Origin: Acidobacteriota bacterium
GTDB taxonomy: Bacteria > Acidobacteriota > UBA890 > WLXD01
Direction: 5' to 3'
Assembly: GCA_963666055.2 (NCBI GenBank)
Contig: CAXWPH010000011.1
Span: 1-64,000, forward strand
DNA: 64,000 bases
This document shows positions 51,909-62,081 of this stretch, piece after piece (positions within the stretch are counted from its first letter, which is position 1; each line of letters opens with the position of its first letter). Position numbers and translations under genes: made by a program. The notes under the pieces are model-generated. The model searched no databases. It worked only from the letters and a program-made list of their open reading frames with translations, and was not told the origin of the DNA.

Positions 51909-52854
51909 ATGTCGCATGCTGCGAAGCTCCAGATGCTGCAGGCCCGCCGGGGTCGCCTGCGGCCTATTGTTGCTGGCTGGATGCAGGGCGGAGCCTACCG
52001 TCGAGCTCACCACGCTCTTCGAGCAGTCGGAGATCTTCGTCGAGACCGGGACCATCGACATCGGCGACCACGCCGTACGCCGCCATTTGACGGATGGCTG
52101 GTCACCTATCGATGAGCGCTGGGCGCAGCGCGAGGACGAGACCTTCGTCTGGGCTCGCGGCACGCAGGCCTCGCTGCGCTTCTATCAGATCGAATCCCGG
52201 TTGCAGCGCGTCCGGTTCCGCGGCCGCCCCAACGCACCGGATGGGAACCCCTTGGTATCGACGATCTACCTACGACTCAACGGCGTGACGCTGCCGACGG
52301 CAGTCGATGTGGTAGCCGGCTGGCAAGATTACATCGTACCGCTGCCGGCGCGGCTGCTGCGCGTCGGTGTCAACCATCTGACCTTCGGCTTCGATCGTCC
52401 ACCCGGCAACGCCCCGTCGCGGGGCACATCGTTACAGTTCGCCTTCGATGATGTGCGGTTCTTCGATGCCACCGTAACCGCGCTGCCACGGCTGGAGCGA
52501 CCGAGCAGTGAGCATAGTCTGATCCTCCCCTACCTGTCGGGTATCAACTTCGAACTCGATCTGATGCCCGGCGCGATCGTGCGAATCCGCCAGATCCAGG
52601 CATACGGCCGCCCCTTGCCAGAGGAAGGAGCGCTGCACATCTATATCGACGCCGCGGGCCGACTGGAGCACAGCGTCGTGGAGGTGCCTGCCAACAGCCT
52701 CGAGATCCCGATCCACATCGACGCGCCGACGCGGGTGCGCCTGTCGATGATGTCGCTGCCACCGCCGTCGTTCTACGGCCTGCAAGGACACGCCGCCGAA
52801 CAAGACGTCGGGCTGCGCCTATACTGGCCGACTGTCAGCCGGCCGCAATCCTAG
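51909..52854 (+). CDS. hypothetical lipoprotein
   Basis: Lipobox LLAGC; GWS..E..FVWA beta-sandwich-like motif; start approximate. Confidence 0.7.
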
Positions 52855-52938
52855 TGGTCTGTAACAGGGCCGTGGCAGGAGTGCGGCGGGCCTGCTAGGG
52901 GAACCTGTGCAGGGCATCGGCCACCCGGAACAATCCCG

Positions 52939-55266
52939 CTACAGCCGGAAGAGCTGGGTGAACTTGACGATGATCGAGCGGTCGATCAGCGTTGGGTCCT
53001 CGGTAAGCCTGCGCTCGTTGTACACGACGAACAGGTCGGCGCCCGGCGTATGGATGAAGTTCAGCCGCACGTTGGTGAGGAACTGATCGGTGATGTTGTC
53101 GTACTGCAACAGCCCCGAAAGAAACAGCCGCGTGTTGAAGTCGTAGGCGATTCGGGCGCGCCAGATATCGGCCACGAAGTCACCGGCGGGCAATTCGATG
53201 TCGTTGCGATCTAGCGACAACGAGGCGGCGAACCTGGCACCGGTGCGCAATCCGGCCTGGAATCTCCAGACCTTTTGTTTGCCGTCCCAGAAGTCGCCGA
53301 TGTCGAGCCAAACTAGGCCCCAGACCGGTCGACTTTGATCGGACTGCGCCTCGAGCTTGATGGCGTTGAACTCGTATTCACCCGGCGGAATGAGCACCCC
53401 CGGTACGATCTCGAACGGGAGGTCAAGCCGCTCGAATCGGCGGTTGCTCTCGATACTGAGCTTGTCGCCGCGGCGCAGAAACAGATCGAAGTCGTAGTGC
53501 TCACGGCGCGTCAACAACCGATTGTCGCGGTCGGTAACGTACGACAGCGAAACGTGAGGCGCTAAGTTGCGAACCCACGGGGACTGCGGAAAGAACGGTG
53601 TCCACATCACGTTGCTGTCGTAGGAGCGCAGACCGACCCGGTTAACGAACCCCAACCCGGGGTTGAACGCCTCGCCCACGTCCATCGCCGACCCGGTCGC
53701 CGAGAATCTCGAGTTGGCCCATGCGAACTTGACGGCACCGGCCGAATCGGAGCCCTCTTCGGTCCCCGGGTCATCCGTCTTCATCCACCATCCATCAAGC
53801 GTGGCGCCGCCATGGGCCCAGCGCCCGTCGAAACCCAGCGATCGGTTGTATTGCGAGCCGCTCTCCTGTCGGTTGGTGAATAGCATGCCGATGTTCGAGC
53901 GGCTGCCGAGCTCGCGGCGGATGCGAAGCACGCTGTTGTTCTGCGATCCCAGGTCGACGCCCGCGACGCCGCCCGTCTGCATGTTCAAAGCACCGATGTT
54001 CCACCCGCCAGACTTTCCGGTCAGCCTCGCACCAACGAGGATCGGTACTTCGCCGCCATCGAAGATGCCTATCTGACGCGAATGGAAACCGATGACCCGG
54101 GGACCATTTCGACCGCTGCTGCTTCCGAACTGGAACAGGCCGGCGTTCTCCAGAAAGAACTCGCGCTTCTCGGGGAAGAACAGCGGGAAGCGGGTCAGGT
54201 TGACCTGCACATCGTCGGCTTCGACCTGCGCAAAATCGGTATTGATCGTGCCATCGAAGGTCAGGTTGGGGGTCATGATCCACTTGATGTCGCCGCCGAG
54301 ATCAGCCGACGACCGCGTCGCATGGCTGGAATACGGGGAGGCCTCAGGGCCCACCGGAATCTGCCCGATATCACCCAGCGCGAACGGCTTGACCTGTAGG
54401 TTCCTGGACCGCCCCACCGACTGCATCCCCACCAGCATTCCGGACAACGATAAGCGCGTGGCGTTGAACTGTCGTGGGATGGGCGCCCAGAAATCCTGCT
54501 CCGCGTTTCGCTTCAGCGTACGTCGAAAGTTAATGCCCCAGGCATCCATGTTCGCTCGATCAAAGCGCAGCACCCAGAACGGGATGGCGATCTCGACCGA
54601 CCAGCCATCGGCATGAACGTGGCCAGCCGAACGCCAAACCGCGTCCCAGTCGGCGTTGAAGGTGGCGCCGAACCCTTGCCGTGAAGTTCCACCCTCGCCG
54701 ATGATCTGCGCGTCGAAGCGAGCGCCCAGGGCGTTGGTCTCGAAAAAGTACCCGTTGCGGTGGTCGTGATAGGTATCGAGCGTCACCGCAAACGCATCGT
54801 TGTTGTTGTGAGACTCGTCGCGCCGCAATACCGACGATACTGCCGCAGCCGGATTCGAGTCCCACATGCGCGCGCTGATGTAGATGGCCTCGGTGTCATA
54901 CAGAAGGCGTACCTCGGTGCGCTCGGTCGCCGCGGCGCCCTCATCGGGCTGCGATTGCAGGAACATCGTGAGCGGCTCCGCTTCGGCCCAGACCGCGTCG
55001 TCGAGGAGGCCATCAAGTTCCGGCGGCGTCGAGACCCGCACCGCCACCAGCTGGTGTTGGCGATCGGCTTCGGTAACGGCCAGCTTGTCCCAACGATCGG
55101 GATCCACGGCTGTGCTAGCGGCCCCAGTCGCTGCAACCTCGTCGGACTGTGCCGGCGGCGCCTGAGCGTGCGCCGGAGATGGCAACGCCAAGGCGACGGT
55201 CGACACCAGGGTCAGGGTGCACCCAAGCAGCTGGTGGCGTAGATGAAGGGCAAATCTCGGAATCAC
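52939..55266 (-). CDS. CBM9-like + DUF5916 outer-membrane protein
   Basis: LDGLLDDAVW, TINTDFAQVEAD and FPLFFPEKREFFLE. Confidence 0.9.
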   Translation of the reverse strand: MIPRFALHLRHQLLGCTLTLVSTVALALPSPAHAQAPPAQSDEVAATGAASTAVDPDRWDKLAVTEADRQHQLVAVRVSTPPELDGLLDDAVWAEAEPLTMFLQSQPDEGAAATERTEVRLLYDTEAIYISARMWDSNPAAAVSSVLRRDESHNNNDAFAVTLDTYHDHRNGYFFETNALGARFDAQIIGEGGTSRQGFGATFNADWDAVWRSAGHVHADGWSVEIAIPFWVLRFDRANMDAWGINFRRTLKRNAEQDFWAPIPRQFNATRLSLSGMLVGMQSVGRSRNLQVKPFALGDIGQIPVGPEASPYSSHATRSSADLGGDIKWIMTPNLTFDGTINTDFAQVEADDVQVNLTRFPLFFPEKREFFLENAGLFQFGSSSGRNGPRVIGFHSRQIGIFDGGEVPILVGARLTGKSGGWNIGALNMQTGGVAGVDLGSQNNSVLRIRRELGSRSNIGMLFTNRQESGSQYNRSLGFDGRWAHGGATLDGWWMKTDDPGTEEGSDSAGAVKFAWANSRFSATGSAMDVGEAFNPGLGFVNRVGLRSYDSNVMWTPFFPQSPWVRNLAPHVSLSYVTDRDNRLLTRREHYDFDLFLRRGDKLSIESNRRFERLDLPFEIVPGVLIPPGEYEFNAIKLEAQSDQSRPVWGLVWLDIGDFWDGKQKVWRFQAGLRTGARFAASLSLDRNDIELPAGDFVADIWRARIAYDFNTRLFLSGLLQYDNITDQFLTNVRLNFIHTPGADLFVVYNERRLTEDPTLIDRSIIVKFTQLFRL

Positions 55267-55357
55267 GGGAACCTGCCAAAGGCGCTAGAGGAGTCTGAAT
55301 AAGCTAACTCATCGCTGCCGCCGACCCAGGCAGCGGACGTGGAGTGAACCTCCCCCG

Positions 55358-56119
55358 CTACTCGGTGGCGCCTTCGGACTTGCGGAACTTCAGCAACATT
55401 CGATCGGTCATGTAACGCGTCTTGCCCGGCTGAATGAACGCCGCATAGTCGTCGTCGTCGCGCTTCAAGATATCCGACTCGCCAACGTACTCGAACCCTG
55501 CCGCTTCGAGGTCGGCGATGACGGTTCCCTCGCCGACACGATGCGACGCCATGTCGTGACCTTCGGCCTGATTCAGGCGTACCTCGACCACGCCGAAGAC
55601 CCCTCCCGGCACCAGGGCGCGGTGTAGCTCGGCCAGGGTCGCGGGCACGTCCGGGAAGAGATGGTACGCACGAACGGCAACCACGGCATCGAGGCTGCCG
55701 TCCTCCAGGCCGGCAAGGTCGTCGACGAAGCGGATGTTGCCCGCCGCCGCCAGATCACCGCCCTCATCGAAGCGAGCTCGGAACTCCTCGCTGCCGCCTT
55801 CGGCCACGACAACGCCTGTTTCTCCCACCAGGTGAGCAAGGCGCTCGGCGTTGTAGCCGCCCCCCGACATGACATCGACAACGCGATCCCCGGCACCGAT
55901 ACCCAGGAAAGCGTAAACCTCGTCGGGCTTGGAGAAATGATCGCGGTCCGTTCTGCCGTCGCCGTGGTGATCGTCGTCTGCGACGCCGTCTCCGTCACCG
56001 TGCTCCGGTTCCGCCATCGCGTCATCGCTCCCGACGGTCGCGGCGTCTTGATCTTGCTTGGAGCATCCGAAGAGAGCGACGACAAGTACCAGCGGCAGAA
56101 CGGCAAGGCGCAACTTCAT
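55358..56119 (-). CDS. class I SAM-dependent methyltransferase with lipoprotein signal
   Basis: LFGC lipobox; VVDVMSGGGY; LVPGG. Confidence 0.8.
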   Translation of the reverse strand: MKLRLAVLPLVLVVALFGCSKQDQDAATVGSDDAMAEPEHGDGDGVADDDHHGDGRTDRDHFSKPDEVYAFLGIGAGDRVVDVMSGGGYNAERLAHLVGETGVVVAEGGSEEFRARFDEGGDLAAAGNIRFVDDLAGLEDGSLDAVVAVRAYHLFPDVPATLAELHRALVPGGVFGVVEVRLNQAEGHDMASHRVGEGTVIADLEAAGFEYVGESDILKRDDDDYAAFIQPGKTRYMTDRMLLKFRKSEGATE

Positions 56120-56177
56120 CGGTGGAACTCCTAGCAGGCCGTGGTAGAAGTGATCGTGGGAACTGTACCCTGCTTGC

Positions 56178-57529
56178 ATGCAGCTGGACAGCGTATTGAC
56201 CAGCTCCCGGGTCGCATTGCCGGGCGGCGTTCAAGCAGCCGACGTCGGGGTACGAAACGGGTGCGTTCAGACCATCGCCGATGCCGGTAGCCTTGCGGCG
56301 GCCCAACGGCACGATCTCGACGATCTGTGGCTGCTCCCCGGGCTGGTCGATCCGCACGTACACGTCAACGAGCCTGGCCGCACCCACTGGGAGGGCTTCG
56401 AGACCGCCTCGATGGCAGCGGCGGCGGGCGGTGTGACCACCATCATCGACATGCCGCTCAACAGCTCGCCCGTAACCACCACCGCGCAGGCGCTGCGAGC
56501 CAAAGTCGAGGCCGCCACGAGCAAGTGTAGCGTCGACTACGGCTTCTGGGGCGGGGTCGTGCCGGGGAACCAGGATCACATCGAGGATCTGCTCGATGCC
56601 GGGGTGCGCGGGCTCAAGTGCTTTCTGTGCTCTTCCGGCCTCGACGACTTTCCCGCTGTGTCCAATGCAGACCTCGAGCGGGCCGCCGAATTCCTGGTAC
56701 CACGGGGCAAGCCACTTCTGGTGCACGCGGAAGACCCGGGCGATCTGCAGCGCGCCGCCGCTTCGTGCGGCCTGGAGGATGAGCCGCGCTCCTACAGCAG
56801 CTATCTCGCATCCAGGCCGGAGACCGCGGAGCGCTCACTGAGCGCCTGATCGCGCTCAGTGAGCGCTCTCGTTGCCATACCCACGTAGTGCACCTATCGG
56901 CCGCCAGCTGTGTACCCCTGTTGGCCGCAGCGCGACGCTCGGGCACACCGATCACGGTCGAGACCTGCCCCCACTACTTGACGCTCGCAGCGGAGGACGT
57001 GCCTGACGGAGCCACCCAGTTCAAGTGCGCACCGCCGATCCGCGGGAGAGCCAACGGCGAGGCACTCTGGCGGGCGCTGGGCGCAGGCACCATCGACCTC
57101 ATCGCTTCGGATCACTCACCCTGCCCTGCTGAATTGAGGTGTCTGGACAGCGGCAACTTCCGCCGCGCCTGGGGCGGCATAGCCGGCCTGCAGCTCGGAC
57201 TCACGCTGGTATGGACGGAGGCGCGTCAGCGCGGGCATGACCTCGACCGGGTTCGTGCTTGGATGTGCACAGAGCCCGCCCGCCTGGCCGGGATCGAGCA
57301 TCGCAAGGGCTCGATCGCCCCGGGTCTCGACGCCGACTTCGTGGTCTTCGACCCGGACGCATCATTCCGTGTCGACCCCGCCGCGCTGTTGCACCGGCAC
57401 CCGGACACTCCCTATGCGGGAATGGCACTGCGTGGCAGGGTAGTCGCCACATTTCTGCGTGGCCGCTGCATCTACGACAATGGGGAAGTCGACGGCGTGC
57501 ACGGCCAGTGGATCGACGCACCACGATGA
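56178..57529 (+). pseudogene. allB: allantoinase, frameshifted at ~56840
   Basis: DPHVHVNEPGRTHWEGF, DMPLNS, VHAE / HLS, ETCPHYL, KCAPPIR and SDHSP, in two frames. Confidence 0.92.
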
Positions 57530-58518
57530 GCGACACCTTCGACAACAACGACTTCGCGCGACTCACCGATCTGGCGGCGACCCGGCTCGGCGGCCGCGCC
57601 GTCCTGGCCAACGACGAGTTCTTCGCCGGCAAGGAGAATCTGGTGAAGGACGAGGCTCCGGTGTTCTTGCCCGGCAAGTACACGGACCGGGGTAAGTGGA
57701 TGGACGGTTGGGAGTCACGACGTCGGCGAACGCCTGGTAACGACTGGTGCATCGTACGGCTCGGAATCTCCGGTCGGATCGTCGGCGTGGGCGTCGAGAC
57801 GACCCACTTCAGCGGTAACCACCCGGAGAGCTGCTCGATCGACGCTTGCCATTGCGCCGACGAGATCCCGCCAGACGGAACCGAATGGCACGAAATCCTG
57901 GCGCGCGCGCCGCTCAACGGCGACTCCGTGAACCGGTTCGCGCTGGCGTCGTTCGACACGTTCACCCACGTCCGCCTCAACATCTATCCGGACGGTGGGG
58001 TGGCGCGCCTCCGCCTGTACGGCGTCGCCACTCCCGGCCCGGACAAGCACCCCGATGCGCCGTTCGATCTCGGTGCGGCGATAGGCGGCGGAAACATCGT
58101 CGACTGCAGCGACATGTATTTTTCGGACCCGCAGAACCTCATTGCCCCAGGCGCCTCGAGCGGCATGCACGACGGCTGGGAAACGCGTCGGCGACGTGGC
58201 CCAGGACACGATTGGTGCGTCGTCAGGCTGGGGCAGCGTGGCTCCGTGGAGACGATCGCGGTCGAGACCTCCCACTTCAAGGGCAACTATCCGGACCGCT
58301 GCAGCGTGGACATTGCGGACATGATGCCTGTCGGTGATCCGCTCGCCCCGGTCATGGCGAGCGACTGGCGACCGTTGGTCCCCAAATCGAAGCTCGAGGC
58401 CGACCGCAGCCATCGCTTCGAGCTCGACGACGCCGTGACCGGTACCCACGTACGGCTGAACATCTTTCCCGATGGCGGCGTGGCCCGACTTCGCGTGCTC
58501 GGGCGCCCCGCCGAGTGA
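57526..58518 (+). CDS. alc: allantoicase
   Basis: Two repeats with DGWE(S/T)RRRR and PDGGVARLR. Confidence 0.96.
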   Translation: MSDTFDNNDFARLTDLAATRLGGRAVLANDEFFAGKENLVKDEAPVFLPGKYTDRGKWMDGWESRRRRTPGNDWCIVRLGISGRIVGVGVETTHFSGNHPESCSIDACHCADEIPPDGTEWHEILARAPLNGDSVNRFALASFDTFTHVRLNIYPDGGVARLRLYGVATPGPDKHPDAPFDLGAAIGGGNIVDCSDMYFSDPQNLIAPGASSGMHDGWETRRRRGPGHDWCVVRLGQRGSVETIAVETSHFKGNYPDRCSVDIADMMPVGDPLAPVMASDWRPLVPKSKLEADRSHRFELDDAVTGTHVRLNIFPDGGVARLRVLGRPAE

Positions 58519-59030
58519 TGCAGTCGCGCTTGGAGTGGCTGAACCGGCTACCCCCCGGCATCGCGGTATGCGAGCTTCTGCGCTGCTGCGGCTCGCGCCG
58601 CTGGAGCGACAGCATGGTCGCCCGGCGCCCGTTCGCCAACCTCGACGAGCTGCTCGCCGCCGCCGCCGAGGTTTGGGCAGCGCTCGGGCGTGACGACTGG
58701 CTCGAGGCGTTCAGCCACCATCCGCCCATCGGCAGCGACGACTCACAGCAGGATCAGTTCCGATCCACGCGCCACTGGTCGAGCAGCGAGCAGTCCAGCG
58801 TGGACTCGGCCGACGCATCGGTGCGTCAACGCTTGCGCACCGCCAACGACCGCTACTACGAGCGCTTCGGGTACATCTTCTTGATCTGCGCCACCGGCAA
58901 GAGCGCCGCCGAGATGCTGTTACAAGCCGAGAGCCGGCTGCTCAACGAGCCCGACGCCGAGATCGGAATCGCCGGCGAGGAGCAGCGTCGCATCACCCGC
59001 CTGCGATTGGGTAAGCTGTTGAGCCCATGA
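58515..59030 (+). CDS. uraD: OHCU decarboxylase
   Basis: EAFSHHPPIG, SEQS, YYERFGYIFLICA and EQRRITRLRL. Confidence 0.95.
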   Translation: MMQSRLEWLNRLPPGIAVCELLRCCGSRRWSDSMVARRPFANLDELLAAAAEVWAALGRDDWLEAFSHHPPIGSDDSQQDQFRSTRHWSSSEQSSVDSADASVRQRLRTANDRYYERFGYIFLICATGKSAAEMLLQAESRLLNEPDAEIGIAGEEQRRITRLRLGKLLSP

Positions 59031-59368
59031 GCACCGTTAGCACCCACGTTCTCGATACCGCGATAGGTGGCCCGGCCGCTGATATACGCGTAGCCTTGTA
59101 TCGGCGCCAGGAGGACGGGTGGGAGCATCTTGTCACGAACACTACGGACAGCGACGGGCGCGCCGCGGGCTTACTGCAAGACGGTGAGGAACTGGCGCCG
59201 GGCACCTATCGCCTGCGATTCGCCACCGGCGCCTACTACGCGTCGAAGGGAACCCCGTGTTTCTATCCTCGCGTCGACATCGTGTTCGCGATCGAGGCGC
59301 GAAACGACCACTATCACGTACCGCTGCTATTGAGCCCGTTCGGCTTCTCGACCTATCGCGGCAGCTAA
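59027..59368 (+). CDS. uraH: 5-hydroxyisourate hydrolase
   Basis: STHVLD, HYHVPLLLSP and C-terminal YRGS. Confidence 0.97.
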   Translation: MSTVSTHVLDTAIGGPAADIRVALYRRQEDGWEHLVTNTTDSDGRAAGLLQDGEELAPGTYRLRFATGAYYASKGTPCFYPRVDIVFAIEARNDHYHVPLLLSPFGFSTYRGS

Positions 59369-59376
59369 CGGCAGCG

Positions 59377-60741
59377 CTAGCTTTCTGGCGTTTCGCTGCT
59401 ACGGCCCGCCAGGATCTTAGCGAACGAGCGGCTTCGCAGCTCTTCCAGTGAGAGCCCAGTCTCGAGCACCTCACGCTCGCTCAAAGCACCGCAGCCGAGG
59501 CCCCGCAAGAAGAAGTTCAACAGGCCCTGTCCGGTAGCGGCGTCGTCGAAAACCTGGCCCACGAGGGTGGCTTGCGCCGCCACCGATACGAAATTTCGCA
59601 AACGCTGGCTCGCGGCATCGACGTTCTCGAGAAAGAACGCGTATACCGCCGCATATCGAGTCGGCAACTGGGCGGGATTCAGGTCCCAGCCTTGATAAAA
59701 GCCGTGTCGCAGCGAGTGACGTACGTGCTCGTAGTGCAGCCGCCAAGCGGAGTGGAAGGAGCGTTGATTCTCTTCTATCTGCACCTGCGTAAGCTCGGTA
59801 CCCGCGCCGGCCCGGTGAACCGGAACCGGGATCACGTTGGTGGCCCCGTCAGAGAGCATCACGCCCGTTCCGGCCAGGGCAACCTTCATCATGTGACGGG
59901 CGAAGTCGCATGCGGGATGATCCATTACCTGATATTGGGCGCTGATTCCCGCCGCAGCGGTGTAGTCATAGACACCGAAGTGTGCCCCCACACAGCGTCC
60001 ACGCGCCGCCTTGACGAGCGCCGGCAACATCGATGACCCATCACTGGCGATAATCGACTGGGGCGTTTCGATCATGAGCTCCAGCCGCAAAGCCCCGGTC
60101 TCGAGGCCGACAGCAAGCTCGAGTTGCTCGAGTACGTCGACGAAGAGCGTTACCTCCTCTGGGTCCATTATCTTCGGCAGCGTCACCGCGAAACCGTCGG
60201 GAAGTAGCCCACCGGTTCGGTCCAGCAGCGTCGAAACGAAGATATCGAGCGTCGACACGCTACGGCGATACGACTCCCTGTCCAGCGACTTGACGCGAAT
60301 GCCGATGAACGGCGGCAGCGCGGCGGTGGCCAAACCTTCGGCGACCGCCTCGGCGGCAGCGACGGCGCAAGCGTCTTCTTCATCATCCGGGCGGTTTCCG
60401 TACCCGTCTTCGAAGTCGATTCGAAAGTCCTCGACGGGCTCGGTCTCGAGCTTGGTGCGGACGCGCTCGTAGATCATCTGGCGTAGCCCGTCGTCTGCCC
60501 CCAGGCCGATCGCATCGCCGAACGTCGCCGCGTCAGGCGCATACGTATCGAGCTCACGCAACGCCAGGTCTCCCAAGCGCCGCGCAGTGCCGGCGCGGAA
60601 CAGCTGGGCGCCGCCGTAGACGGTGTGTACCGGCTGTCGATCGGACGACTCGCCGGGATAACGTTCGGCAATGTCATCGGCCAGAGGTCGAATACGTTGC
60701 CCGAGGTCATCGAGCACGTGATCGTCGAAGGAACGCTTCAT
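59377..60741 (-). CDS. DUF6986-like CitE/malate-synthase superfamily lyase
   Basis: RQPVHTVYGGA, RIDFEDGYG, TLPK, MIETP, HFGVYDY and GFYQGWDL. Confidence 0.8.
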   Translation of the reverse strand: MKRSFDDHVLDDLGQRIRPLADDIAERYPGESSDRQPVHTVYGGAQLFRAGTARRLGDLALRELDTYAPDAATFGDAIGLGADDGLRQMIYERVRTKLETEPVEDFRIDFEDGYGNRPDDEEDACAVAAAEAVAEGLATAALPPFIGIRVKSLDRESYRRSVSTLDIFVSTLLDRTGGLLPDGFAVTLPKIMDPEEVTLFVDVLEQLELAVGLETGALRLELMIETPQSIIASDGSSMLPALVKAARGRCVGAHFGVYDYTAAAGISAQYQVMDHPACDFARHMMKVALAGTGVMLSDGATNVIPVPVHRAGAGTELTQVQIEENQRSFHSAWRLHYEHVRHSLRHGFYQGWDLNPAQLPTRYAAVYAFFLENVDAASQRLRNFVSVAAQATLVGQVFDDAATGQGLLNFFLRGLGCGALSEREVLETGLSLEELRSRSFAKILAGRSSETPES

Positions 60742-60760
60742 GGGGCGCGAACCGGGTCGA

Positions 60761-61595
60761 TTAATGGACCCACGCGCACTCGGCGCGAAGGGAGTGGTAG
60801 ACGACGCGACTCATCACCTTTTGGCGATAGCGCGCCGTCGAGCGGATGTCATCGATCGGCGACACGTCGCCGCGGATCGCGTCCAGCAGGTCGGCTGGCG
60901 AGCTCACCTCGACCTCGTCGTCGAGCATGCGCTCCAGTCGCGGGCACCGGCAGACCGTCGCTGCCATGCTGTTGGCGACCACACGCCAGCCCTCGTCTGA
61001 ACAGGCAATCGCGACACCCACCTTGGTGATTGCCTGAGCACGGCGCGCCCCGACCTTGATGAACTCCTCGAAGCGATGCTCGCGGCGCGGCAACCACACC
61101 CGCGTGATGAGCTCATCAGGTCGCATTTCGAGCTGCTTATACCCATGGTAGAAGCCGCTTAACGGAATCCGCCGCGTACTCTCCATGCATGCCAACTCGA
61201 CCTCGGCGCCGTAGGCCATCAGCACCGGCACCCCATCGGCCGCCGGCGACCCGTTGGCAATGTTCCCCGCCCACGTGCCGCGCGTTTGGATCTGCACTGC
61301 GCCGACCGTGCGCGCCGCTGCCTGCAACATGGGAAGCTCGGTGCCGGCGCGCGGGTCGCTGAGCACGTCCCAGTAGGTGGTCAATGCGCCGATGCCCAGC
61401 GAGCGGTCGTCCCAGACGAGCGACTTCAGCCCGCCGACGCCGCTCAGGTCGAGAAAGACACGATCATGCAGATCGAGGTGCTCCGGCCAGTCGACCATCA
61501 AGTCGGTACCACCGGCGATAGGCAGCGCATCGGTCTCCAATGCCCTCATCTCCAACGCCCGGTCAAGCGTATCCGGCATCAGCACGCGCATCGGA

Positions 61596-61624
<29 letters not shown>
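60761..61624 (-). CDS. xanthine dehydrogenase family FAD subunit
   Basis: AGGTDL, GNIANGSPAAD and PIDDIRSTARYR; start may be slightly downstream. Confidence 0.92.
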
Positions 61625-62077
<453 letters not shown>

Positions 62078-62081
<4 letters not shown>

